Virus record (IMG/VR): IMGVR_UViG_2718218100_000005
Reading direction: 5' to 3' (one strand)
Length of the DNA: 23,278 nt
From: a virus
Lineage: Duplodnaviria; Heunggongvirae; Uroviricota; Caudoviricetes
The notes under the pieces were generated by a model that saw nothing but the letters and a program-made list of their open reading frames with translations, did not search any database and was not told where the DNA came from. The translations under genes were made by a program, and so were the position numbers. Positions 9,943 through 18,300 of the stretch are shown in pieces; position 1 is the stretch's first letter, and the number at the start of each line of letters is the position of its first letter.

Positions 9943-10431
9943 ATGATGATGATCTACGGCATGTTTGTTTTTGAGCTGCGCACGTTGCCGCATCAGCAGT
10001 TACAGCAAAACAAAAGCTGGCGACATGTGAAAAATGAACGCGTTAACCGTTCAGCAAGCTGGCAGTATATCGGTGCAGGTGATGATCGCATCGTTCTTTC
10101 TGGTGTTCTTTATCCTGAGATTACTGGTGGCGAAGTGTCGCTGTCGTTGTTGACCACGCAGGCATATACAGGACGTCCTTGGCCTTTGATTGATGGCGTC
10201 GGGCAGATTTACGGCATGTATGTCCTGACCGGAACGAATACGACCCGCTCCGAGTTTGATCGCTACGGTAAGGCGAAAAAGATAGAATTTTCACTGACTC
10301 TTGAACGCTGTGATGAGGATTTGCGGGAGCGCCTGCAATCCTCATCGTTCAGCGATATGCTGTCCGGCTTCAAAGATAAGGTGACATCATCCCTTAATAG
10401 CGCGGCCAGCTCAGTTAAGGGGCTGCTCTGA
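9943..10431 (+). CDS. tail protein (P2 gpU family)
   Basis: ORF 9937..10431; MMMIYGMFVFELRTLPHQQLQ...WRHV...YIGAGDDRIVLSGVLYPEITGG resembles P2 gpU; SD GAGGAG best spaced for ATG at 9943. Confidence 0.8.
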   Translation: MMMIYGMFVFELRTLPHQQLQQNKSWRHVKNERVNRSASWQYIGAGDDRIVLSGVLYPEITGGEVSLSLLTTQAYTGRPWPLIDGVGQIYGMYVLTGTNTTRSEFDRYGKAKKIEFSLTLERCDEDLRERLQSSSFSDMLSGFKDKVTSSLNSAASSVKGLL

Positions 10432-10507
10432 TTTAACGTATGTCGCCAATTTCCTGATGAAGGTGACTGGCGACTTGCTGTTGTATGTCCTTCTCAGAAA
10501 ATTGTTT

Positions 10508-10536
10508 TTGAATAACAAATAACAGGATTTTATAAT
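10508..10536 (+). promoter_or_regulatory. near-consensus sigma70 promoter (TTGAAT -35, 17-nt spacer, TATAAT -10) for the acetyltransferase cargo gene
   Basis: TTGAAT 10508-10513, TATAAT 10531-10536 in an AT-rich intergenic region. Confidence 0.5.
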
Positions 10537-10587
10537 CTCTTAACCTTATAACATGTGTGGTCTGAAATAATAATTAAGGAGATTATC

Positions 10588-11160
10588 GTGCTATCTTACT
10601 TAATGGCAATTCACTTTGTTTTATTTGGAAACTCTACTAATTTAAAAAACTTCTGGAAACATGAAGTAATTCGGCGGAAACGTATGGATATCTGGAGGCT
10701 TTTAAGAGAGAAAAAGCAGCGTAACCGGAATTTCCTTTTCTGGTGGCGGTTGGCTAACGAAATGTATATTAATGGTAATAAATTACATAAGAAAGCAGCC
10801 AAAAAGTTAAACAGTAAAATAATTAACAAGTTTGGTTGTGAAATAGGATTGGGCGCAAATATTGGAAAAGGGTTGACAATTCCCCATCATGCTGGAATTG
10901 TTGTTCATTTTGCTGTTGATGCGGGTGAAAATCTGGTATTACGACAGAATACTACCATTGGACAGATAGATGGTGATATGCCTAGTTCAAGAGTAAAAAT
11001 TGGTAGTAACGTTGATATCGGAGCTAATTGTTGCATCATTGGATTATCACGTAAAATTGGGGATAATGTAAAAATAGGTGCAATGTCTTTTATAAATAAA
11101 GATATACCATCAAACTGCACATATATAACTAAAAAGAGTGGTGTTGTATTGTATAAATAG
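10588..11160 (+). CDS. hexapeptide-repeat (left-handed beta-helix) acyl/acetyltransferase, serine O-acetyltransferase-like
   Basis: GTG start 7 nt after SD AAGGAGA; tandem hexapeptide repeats (IGLGAN, IGKGLT, IGSNVD, IGANCC, IGLSRK, IGDNVK) and an HHAGIVV...G motif as in CysE/LacA-type transferases; markedly AT-rich versus flanking tail genes. Confidence 0.8.
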   Translation: MLSYLMAIHFVLFGNSTNLKNFWKHEVIRRKRMDIWRLLREKKQRNRNFLFWWRLANEMYINGNKLHKKAAKKLNSKIINKFGCEIGLGANIGKGLTIPHHAGIVVHFAVDAGENLVLRQNTTIGQIDGDMPSSRVKIGSNVDIGANCCIIGLSRKIGDNVKIGAMSFINKDIPSNCTYITKKSGVVLYK

Positions 11161-11170
11161 AGTACATAAA

Positions 11171-11206
11171 GCCATCGATATTTCTGTCGATGGCTTTTTC
11201 TTTTTA
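11171..11206. terminator. rho-independent terminator (8-bp stem GCCATCGA/TCGATGGC plus T run), mainly for the plus-strand acetyltransferase gene
   Basis: Perfect hairpin 11171-11194 followed by TTTTTCTTTTTATT. Confidence 0.7.
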
Positions 11207-11736
11207 TTGTGGGGCGACTGGCCACTCAACATCCGCTGCTACTGTTGTATCAACACGATTCAACAATACCCGATATGTCTTCCATGCAGCCAGTAACGAT
11301 GCCTCTTCCTCCGTCGCAATATCCAAATCTACGGCATCCTGAAGTGGCGCAATATGCTCACTGGCTACCTGCATCAGGCTGTTTTTTGTTTCTTCTGCCT
11401 CCCGTACCCGAAACAGTTTTTCTGCTTCTGCATCTTTCGCCCAGGATGTGCCGTTCCACTTCTGACACTCTCCATCCGGCGACAACCAGGTAACATTTTC
11501 CGGTAACGGACCGAGTTCAGAAATAAATAACGCGTCGCCGGAAGCCACGTCATAAACCGTTTTACCCCGATGATCTTCAACGAGATGCCACGATGCCTCA
11601 TTACTGTTGAAAACAGCCACGAAGCCAGCCGGAATATCTGGCGGTGCAATATCGGTACTGTTTGCTGGCAGACCTGTATGAGGCGGAATGTATGCGTCAC
11701 CTTCACCAATAAATTCATTAGTTCCGGCCAGCAGAT
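11204..11736 (-). pseudogene. tail fibre assembly protein (P2 gpG/Tfa family), 5' end removed by IS629 copy 2
   Basis: Minus-strand frame reads ...[62 protein letters not shown]...[35 protein letters not shown], with the C-terminal motif characteristic of Tfa; open frame runs without start codon up to the IS terminus at 11737. Confidence 0.8.
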
Positions 11737-11790
11737 TGAACCGCCCCGGGAATCCTGGAGACTAAACTCCCTGAGAAAGAGGTAAACAGG

Positions 11791-12117
11791 ATGACTAAAA
11801 ATACACGTTTTTCCCCCGAGGTCCGTCAACGGGCAGTCCGTATGGTTCTGGAAAGTCAGGGCGAATATGACTCACAATGGGCGGCAATTTGTTCCATTGC
11901 CCCAAAGATTGGCTGTACACCAGAGACTCTGCGTGTGTGGGTTCGTCAGCATGAGCGGGATACCGGGGGCGGTGATGGTGGACTCACCACCGCTGAACGT
12001 CAGCGTCTGAAAGAGCTGGAACGTGAAAATCGTGAACTGCGCCGCAGTAACGATATCCTTCGCCAGGCTTCCGCTTATTTTGCGAAGGCGGAGTTCGACC
12101 GCCTCTGGAAAAAATGA
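11791..12117 (+). CDS. IS3-family transposase OrfA
   Basis: 108-aa ORF nearly identical to copy 1 OrfA (differs at a few residues, e.g. AVRMV/QGEYD/LTTAE). Confidence 0.85.
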   Translation: MTKNTRFSPEVRQRAVRMVLESQGEYDSQWAAICSIAPKIGCTPETLRVWVRQHERDTGGGDGGLTTAERQRLKELERENRELRRSNDILRQASAYFAKAEFDRLWKK

Positions 12118-12796
12118 TGCCACTGCTGGATAAGCTGCGTGAGCAGTACGGGGTCGGACCGGTATGCAGCGAACTGCATATTGCCCCGTCAACGTATTAC
12201 CATTGTCAGCAACAGCGACATCATCCGGATAAACGCAGTGCCCGTGCGCAGCACGACGACTGGCTGAAGAGAGAGATACAGCGCGTATACGATGAAAATC
12301 ATCAGGTGTACGGTGTGCGTAAAGTCTGGCGTCAGTTGTTACGGGAAGGAATCAGGGTGGCCAGATGTACAGTGGCACGTCTCATGGCGGTTATGGGACT
12401 TGCCGGTGTTCTCCGGGGTAAAAAGGTCCGTACGACCATCAGCCGGAAAGCCGTTGCCGCAGGCGACCGCGTAAACCGTCAGTTCGTGGCAGAACGACCT
12501 GACCAGCTGTGGGTGGCTGATTTTACTTACGTCAGCACATGGCAGGGCTTCGTCTATGTGGCGTTTATCATTGATGTGTTTGCCGGATACATCGTGGGGT
12601 GGCGGGTCTCATCGTCTATGGAAACGACATTCGTGCTGGATGCACTGGAGCAGGCGTTGTGGGCCCGTCGGCCGTCCGGCACAGTCCATCACAGTGATAA
12701 AGGTTCTCAGTATGTATCACTGGCCTATACGGAGCGACTAAAAGAAGCAAAACTGCTGGCATCAACAGGGAGTACAGGTGACTCGTATGACAATGT
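12114..12796 (+). pseudogene. IS3-family transposase OrfB, 3'-truncated
   Basis: Matches copy 1 OrfB up to ...[11 protein letters not shown] then ends in unrelated sequence (ORF 12114..12806, 230 aa versus 296 aa). Confidence 0.8.
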
Positions 12797-12825
12797 ATTT
12801 TATTAGTTCACATACAATTATCAGA

Positions 12826-13140
12826 TTATTCTGGGAATAAGGTCTGAATATTCTTTTTTATTTTATAAAAATTGCATTCAACTCCGCTAGGCTGATTAGC
12901 CTGGTATGTTTCCTTGATGCTAACGGTATTGAAGGGGAGGTTGTCCTCTGGCCATTCGGCCATCCAGTAGGCAAATGCTGGGTTGCGCTTTATGAGTGCT
13001 AGCCCAGCCAGAAAGGCCGCGCGTTGCGCGCGGCTGCGTTCGGAGGCTGGCAGGCTATCGAGGTAATTGCACGCCTCCTGTTCACTCTTGACGGCGGCGG
13101 GCTTCAGATAGAAACTTATCCGTCTGGTTGGTGTCGTCAT
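12826..13140 (-). CDS. ParR/StbB-like ribbon-helix-helix partition adaptor (possibly C-terminally shortened)
   Basis: 104-aa ORF 4 nt downstream of the parM-like gene; ISFYLKPA...LDSLPASERSRAQRAAFLAGLALI resembles plasmid R1 ParR N-terminal DNA-binding region; 3' end lies in AT-rich DNA next to the IS truncation point. Confidence 0.6.
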   Translation of the reverse strand: MTTPTRRISFYLKPAAVKSEQEACNYLDSLPASERSRAQRAAFLAGLALIKRNPAFAYWMAEWPEDNLPFNTVSIKETYQANQPSGVECNFYKIKKNIQTLFPE

Positions 13141-13144
13141 TGGT

Positions 13145-14104
13145 TTACTCCTTGTTCATTGCGTACAACCCATTAACCAGAGCAAACTGTGGCACCCCGT
13201 CCGCGATGAAAGTCGCATTAACTCCGCAGGCTTCGCGGATAGCGGTTGCCACAATCTCCGCCCCGCCACCGACAACCATCACCCGCCCGTAACCCGAAAA
13301 AACCGCCAGCGCGCGGATCACGCGTTGTTTCAGTGTTTCTTCCTTTTCACGAATAACCGCCATCAGGCTGGCGTAATGCGCGTCATTGTGGATGTGCTGG
13401 CGCAGCCAGGCTTCATCATGGCGATGTTCGATAATGGTATTGGCGATGTGGTGACTGGTGCGCATACCGTTAGTGGCCATCACCGACAGTACGGCATCGG
13501 CCATCAGAGAAACGCCTACGTGTGGATCGCAAAACACCTGGCTGATACCTGCCAGTTGCCCCTGAACCTTTGCCACATCCAGCGTGGTTCCGCCCAAATC
13601 CACAATCAGCAGGGATTCAAACGGACTCATGTCAGCCAGTGCCTTAAAGCCAGCAGGAATGGATTCAGGCATAACCCGTACGTTACGGATAGTGAATGCT
13701 TCGCCGTTCTGGTACTCCACCGGGCGCATGACGTTCGCTTTTTTGCGGTTGATGTTGGCCATGTCCGGCTGTGCGTTTGTATCGAAATACTCGCTCAGTG
13801 GCAGGGTGACAACCACATCCACTTCCTGTGGTGTGATGCCTGATTTGACCAGCGCGTGATGAATGGCAATTACATTCACATCGCTGTACTGGTATTGCGT
13901 GTCGGTCGTCTGGACAAAGCGATCGCTGACCGGATCAAAACCATAGCGCACGCCATCAAGCATGTAGTTCGCGGGCTGCGTGCCACCGAATGGCGCAGAC
14001 CATTCCGACTTGAAGCTGTTCGGGCTGATGGCGTTGCGGCGTTCGCCGTTCTCAGTCCATGCCAGCTTGATGTTGGTGGAGCCGTCGTCGATACAAATTT
14101 TCAT
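13145..14104 (-). CDS. ParM/StbA-like actin-type segregation ATPase
   Basis: 319-aa ORF starting MKICIDDGSTNIKLAW; co-linear similarity to plasmid R1 ParM (ISPNSFK, YSDVNV, HHAL, VMPESIPAG, DLGGTTLD, GVSL, FSGY, GGGAE, LVNG motifs). Confidence 0.8.
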   Translation of the reverse strand: MKICIDDGSTNIKLAWTENGERRNAISPNSFKSEWSAPFGGTQPANYMLDGVRYGFDPVSDRFVQTTDTQYQYSDVNVIAIHHALVKSGITPQEVDVVVTLPLSEYFDTNAQPDMANINRKKANVMRPVEYQNGEAFTIRNVRVMPESIPAGFKALADMSPFESLLIVDLGGTTLDVAKVQGQLAGISQVFCDPHVGVSLMADAVLSVMATNGMRTSHHIANTIIEHRHDEAWLRQHIHNDAHYASLMAVIREKEETLKQRVIRALAVFSGYGRVMVVGGGAEIVATAIREACGVNATFIADGVPQFALVNGLYAMNKE

Positions 14105-14180
14105 GTCGCTTTTCCTTATGTTGATTAATTAATCGGTTACAGGATTTTTAAATCCCGCTTTTGCCTGTTTTGTGCGCGCT

Positions 14181-17003
14181 TCATATATCGCGGCGCGTTT
14201 TTTGCTCATTTACGGGATTTGTGAGTCCCGTTTCTGTCTGTTTTTTGTTTCCACTGGTCAGGCCACCCCGCAGCAGGTCTGCTTTGCGGCTGGCGCGTTC
14301 AGTGGTTTCACTGATTCTCTGTGCGTGCTCTGCGTCGCGGATGGCGCGCAGCATGTCAGAAAGCACGGTAACGGGTGTTTTCATGGTGTTCTGGTCCTGC
14401 TGAAGTGTGGATGCCAGGCGTGCGGCGGCTTCAGGGTCTGATGCCCCCAGCTGTGCCAGATAGCTGGCGACCGGGTTATGGCGGATCTCCGTGCTGCTTA
14501 CGCCATGATTACGGCTCAGGCGCTGCCAGAGCTGCGTGATTCGGCTGTCCGGGCGGGTATCCGGTTTGCGTACAATTTCAAATCCCTGCGGTGCAATGAT
14601 GCTGCCGTCAACGTACAGACTGCCGCCCCGTAACAGGTGCTGCATCTGTTGTTCACCGATATGCAGGCCGAGAGATTCAGCAGACTCCCGCCATTCTTTA
14701 GCGAGTAATTCGTGGTTATCAGGCAAAGGCCGCTGCTGTTTGCGGCTCTGTGTCCAGCTCTGCATTTCATCACTGCTGTTTTTTGCCTGTTTGTCACGAA
14801 GCGAACGCATCAGCGCCCGGCGTTCGTGCCGTTTCAGTGAGCGCATCCATTCGTTCACGTCAACGCCGTCAGGAAGCTGCGGCCACGGTGCTGGCCGTTC
14901 TTCCGGCTGTTCTGTCCCGTTGTTGTCCGTTTCCTGTACACGGGGACAGTTATTGCCACGAGTCCAAGGGGCGGCAGGGCCGCCCTGAAGGTCAAAACCA
15001 TTTTCGCGGGCGCTGTCTTCTACTCCCGGTTTACGTCTTACCAGCTTCCAGTTATCCGGGTGCGTGCACACACGGGAGGATTCCCCGATGAGTGGTGACC
15101 AGATCCCGTAAATCTGTACGCTCTGTTCGCCGTAATCGTTCAGCTCATCTGCGAGGTCGTAGGCGGTGCGAATCAGGTAGTCCTTGCGTGGAACAAGTAC
15201 GCCTCCCTGTTTCTCAATGTAGGTGGTAAAACATCCGGCATCAGCGGCAGCAAGAACCGCATCCATTGCGTCATCCTTCAGCCGTTGCGGGCCTTCCGGG
15301 TTGCGTGCCATCTGGCTGGCAAGGCGACGCAGTTCACGCCACACCTGACGGGAGGGGATGCCAAAGAACTGGAACTGGCGGACCCGGTGAAGGCGCGCCC
15401 AGCCAATGGCGCGTTCCACGCTCTCGGTCATTGATTTTCCGGTTTCGTGGTCAACGCGTGGTTTGCCTGTTTTCGGGTCGATGCCATCCACGGCGCGGCT
15501 GTCCAGGTTTTTTCCGATGTAGGTGGCGATGTAGCTGGTTGGCGTGCCTTTTGAGCCGTCGACATACTCCGCCTTAAAGCGCGGAGTAATATCATCGCCC
15601 AGCTCGTGACGATCTTCCTGAATGGCAATATCGCGGGTGTGGGACACAATGGTGTCGATTTCTTCCGGATGAGCAAAGACCATCATATGCCAGTGCACGG
15701 TGCCGTCATGGTGAGGCTCCACCGTGCGGATGCCATACCAGCGCAGGCCGTCGCGGTTCAGTTTCTTGCGGACCGCCGCAAAAAACGTGTTAACCAGGTA
15801 ATCGCTGGAGTCGCGCATGGTGGCCCCGTTCCATTTGGGATTCGGATGACCGTTCTCTGTTGTAGCGTGGTATTTTGACGGGCAGGTGACAGTCAGAAAC
15901 ACCGCTTTGTCGCCACGGGCTTCGGCCAGAAGTTCCAGCCCCTTCATGGTGGCCATCATTTCTGCCTTACGGTGAACCGGGTTACTTACTCCCGCGTAAT
16001 ACACTGTCTCGAGATCAATCGTGAACCCGTCTTCGTTTTCCAGCATGAAACTTTTCAGGAAATCGCGTGTTTTCTCGCGCTGTGCGCGAAACTCGCTTAA
16101 CGCGTCCTGGCTCAGATAGGGCGATGTTTTTCTGGAAACCAGACAGGCGGCGCGGAGTTGTTCTTCTCTCCACTCGCAACGTAACAGCCACAGTTTGCGT
16201 TTCCACCATTCCGCACAGGTCAGGCGAAGGATTGCGCCCGGCAGCAGCTCCGTGTCCGGTTCGTTCCTCCGGTCTTTGTCTGTTGTCAGTGCGTCATAAT
16301 GTGGAGGCATGGCGTGCAGGTGTAACGCCATGCGGGCCAGCATCTGATACGCCTTCAGCGTTACATCCATGGTCAGTTCGCCATCGGTCGCGCCAAAGCC
16401 ATCGCAGAGTTTTTCGAAGGTGCTGCTGAACATCGCCGCCGTCATGGTGGCCAGCGTCTGTATCTGGTGTTTGTTGAGCTGCGGCAGGTAAAGCAAATCG
16501 TCCAGGCGTTCGCGTCCGGCAAGGGAGCGATAACCCTGTGTCAGCCAGCGGTGATCGGTGCGCTCCAGACGTTCGAATATTTTGCGCAGGTTTCCGCGCG
16601 CGTAGCGTTCAGCCTGCCAGCTCTTTTTGCCTTTCTGACGATCGGCTTCCTGTTTTTTGCGCAGGAAGGAGAGGTGGCGAATAAGCGGATCGCGCAGATA
16701 GGACGGCAGCAGGCGCAGCGAGGCCATGGCTTCATCCACCGCACCGCGTGCCTGTTTTCTGGCGTCTCCTGCCAGTGTGATGGTTTTGTCCTGTTTTTCC
16801 TGTGCGTCCAGGCTTTTATTAATCAGGTTGCCCAGCGGCGTTGCGGAGAACGCCGCATCAGCCATTTCCTGGCGGCGCTCGTTCTCTACCCGGTAGGCAT
16901 CCAGCCAGGAGGAAAGCGCGGATTCAGGAGCGGGGATCCCCGTTCCTTCACGCCCCACTGCGTGGCGCGGTTGTTGCCAGTCCCTGATGTACTCTGCCGT
17001 CAT
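14181..17003 (-). CDS. rolling-circle replication initiator endonuclease (P2 gpA family)
   Basis: 940-aa ORF with HUH-type motif (GTVHWHMMVF) and tyrosine motif (TSYIATYIGKN) typical of P2/186 gene A proteins. Confidence 0.85.
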   Translation of the reverse strand: MTAEYIRDWQQPRHAVGREGTGIPAPESALSSWLDAYRVENERRQEMADAAFSATPLGNLINKSLDAQEKQDKTITLAGDARKQARGAVDEAMASLRLLPSYLRDPLIRHLSFLRKKQEADRQKGKKSWQAERYARGNLRKIFERLERTDHRWLTQGYRSLAGRERLDDLLYLPQLNKHQIQTLATMTAAMFSSTFEKLCDGFGATDGELTMDVTLKAYQMLARMALHLHAMPPHYDALTTDKDRRNEPDTELLPGAILRLTCAEWWKRKLWLLRCEWREEQLRAACLVSRKTSPYLSQDALSEFRAQREKTRDFLKSFMLENEDGFTIDLETVYYAGVSNPVHRKAEMMATMKGLELLAEARGDKAVFLTVTCPSKYHATTENGHPNPKWNGATMRDSSDYLVNTFFAAVRKKLNRDGLRWYGIRTVEPHHDGTVHWHMMVFAHPEEIDTIVSHTRDIAIQEDRHELGDDITPRFKAEYVDGSKGTPTSYIATYIGKNLDSRAVDGIDPKTGKPRVDHETGKSMTESVERAIGWARLHRVRQFQFFGIPSRQVWRELRRLASQMARNPEGPQRLKDDAMDAVLAAADAGCFTTYIEKQGGVLVPRKDYLIRTAYDLADELNDYGEQSVQIYGIWSPLIGESSRVCTHPDNWKLVRRKPGVEDSARENGFDLQGGPAAPWTRGNNCPRVQETDNNGTEQPEERPAPWPQLPDGVDVNEWMRSLKRHERRALMRSLRDKQAKNSSDEMQSWTQSRKQQRPLPDNHELLAKEWRESAESLGLHIGEQQMQHLLRGGSLYVDGSIIAPQGFEIVRKPDTRPDSRITQLWQRLSRNHGVSSTEIRHNPVASYLAQLGASDPEAAARLASTLQQDQNTMKTPVTVLSDMLRAIRDAEHAQRISETTERASRKADLLRGGLTSGNKKQTETGLTNPVNEQKTRRDI

Positions 17004-17009
17004 AGTGAT

Positions 17010-17375
17010 TTACTTCGTCATGCCATTCAGGGTGTCGCGGCAGGCTGTAGCCAGCCGCTGAATTTCCAGCACGGTGTCTTCTGTGTCGGCATGGCGATGT
17101 GTGATGCGGATGCTGTCGGCAATCACATCGACGATTGCAGAGGATGGGCGCTGGTAAATGCCAATAACGGACGGGGTGCCACCTTCAATGCGGTAAAGCC
17201 TGTAATTTCCCTCGTGGCTGTCAATCATGTAGCGACCATCAATAACAATCTTTCCGTCAGCGAGCTGCGGTACAGGCAGGGATTTCAGGTACATGTCATA
17301 ACGATCACGCACGCGAGCGGCAAGATCACGTTCTGTGTTGAGCAGGTATTCAAGAAAGTCGTTGGCGAGAATCAT
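17010..17375 (-). CDS. hypothetical protein immediately upstream of the replication gene
   Basis: 121-aa ORF with SD AAGAGGA 8 nt upstream of ATG; no function recognised. Confidence 0.5.
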   Translation of the reverse strand: MILANDFLEYLLNTERDLAARVRDRYDMYLKSLPVPQLADGKIVIDGRYMIDSHEGNYRLYRIEGGTPSVIGIYQRPSSAIVDVIADSIRITHRHADTEDTVLEIQRLATACRDTLNGMTK

Positions 17376-17447
17376 TGCGGCAATCCTCTTGTTACAGATG
17401 TGCGAAGGCCTCCCGCCGCAAGGTGCAGGAAAGGCCCGGAACAGGAA

Positions 17448-17678
17448 TTAATGGAGTTTGTTTTGCTGCTGGATGAGCTGTTGAAACTCGTGCAGATCAT
17501 CCGCCAGATAGCTGAAAACAGAGGCGGAATAAATGTTTGATAGTGCGTGGCTGCGCTCATGCAGCATATTGATGTGCATGATTTGCGCGACGCGTGATGC
17601 GCGGGAAAGTCTGCGGTTGATTTCAGTCTGGATGTGACGACGCTCCGCGATAGCGCGGTGCTGTTTGCGGTCTGCCAT
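17448..17678 (-). CDS. hypothetical basic small protein
   Basis: 76-aa ORF with strong SD AAAGAGG 7 nt upstream; Arg/His-rich, possibly nucleic-acid binding. Confidence 0.5.
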   Translation of the reverse strand: MADRKQHRAIAERRHIQTEINRRLSRASRVAQIMHINMLHERSHALSNIYSASVFSYLADDLHEFQQLIQQQNKLH

Positions 17679-17857
17679 GGTGTGGCCTCTTTGCTCGGTG
17701 ATAGAAATAACTCACCATCCAGAGTTGAGAATCTCGGGGTGGCGAGACGTACAGGGTTCTCAACACCGGAGAGCAAAGAATCCGGCCCGACCGAAGTCGG
17801 CCCCGTACGCCCCGCCATAATTCTGACGCGAAAAAGACGTGGCAATACAGTACGCAC

Positions 17858-17878
17858 AAAAAAACCGCTAGCGCGGTT
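17858..17878 (-). terminator. candidate rho-independent terminator for the minus-strand early operon
   Basis: On the minus strand AACCGC-GCTA-GCGGTT hairpin followed by T7; short stem, so moderate confidence. Confidence 0.4.
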
Positions 17879-17950
17879 ATGCGCTTTGCTCTGTATCGGG
17901 TTGAGAATCCCGGCACCCGTTTTATGAGGTGCAGCGGAAATGTAACCTGA

Positions 17951-17979
17951 CCGATTGCGGCATGGCAAGCGGTTTTTTT
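17951..17979 (+). terminator. candidate plus-strand rho-independent terminator
   Basis: CCGATTGC-GGCATG-GCAAGCGG hairpin (one mismatch) followed by T7. Confidence 0.4.
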
Positions 17980-18000
17980 GTGTGTGCATGTTCTGGTTTC

Positions 18001-18300
18001 TTACTGGTTCAGAAAAAAATCAAAAACGTTATCGATGCGTTGCAGCAGCTCTTGCTGCATTGCTTCCGGCGTTTCCGGTTCGCCAGGTGCCCCCAGCGTT
18101 GCGCAGAAATCAGCGATTTCATGATGGAGCGTGAGGCGAATGGCAGGAGCCGTGGTTCTGGCGTGCTCCAGCTGATCCAGCAGTGCCAGCACAGCAGACG
18201 GCGAGAGCATTGCGCGAAATGCCAGTAATTTTTGAGGCGTTGCCATTCGTTGCAGGGCAAATGCCAGTTCGCGTAGCTTCTGGTGGTTGATGGTGCTCAT
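18001..18300 (-). CDS. hypothetical protein (early operon)
   Basis: 99-aa ORF whose start overlaps the stop of the upstream ORF by 4 nt (translational coupling). Confidence 0.5.
   Translation of the reverse strand: MSTINHQKLRELAFALQRMATPQKLLAFRAMLSPSAVLALLDQLEHARTTAPAIRLTLHHEIADFCATLGAPGEPETPEAMQQELLQRIDNVFDFFLNQ

Larger units (their letters stand above)
11737..12796 (+). mobile_element. IS629/IS1203-like IS3-family element, copy 2, 3'-truncated (about 1060 of 1310 bp)
   Basis: Left terminus TGAACCGCCCCGGGAATCCTGGAGACTAAACT at 11737; sequence tracks copy 1 (reverse complement) until about 12795 and then diverges; a few substitutions relative to copy 1. Confidence 0.85.

Noticed and set aside
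4833-10438. 8-bp direct repeat ATTTAACG just upstream of the sheath gene (4833-4840) and just after the gpU stop (10431-10438), considered as a footprint of the tail-block rearrangement
   Set aside because: Direct rather than inverted orientation does not explain an inversion, and an 8-mer match between two about 120-bp regions is plausible by chance.
13325-14128. Several plus-strand ORFs (172, 91 and 90 aa) opposite the ParM-like gene
   Set aside because: Antisense to a gene with strong family-level similarity; no independent support.
16467-17540. 357-aa plus-strand ORF
   Set aside because: Antisense to the gpA replication gene and to the 121-aa gene; GC-rich antisense frames often stay open by chance; no start context or recognisable motifs.
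17372-17989. 205-aa minus-strand ORF
   Set aside because: Overlaps the well-supported 76-aa gene in another frame and runs through the non-coding repeat region; Ser/Thr/Arg-rich composition typical of out-of-frame translation.
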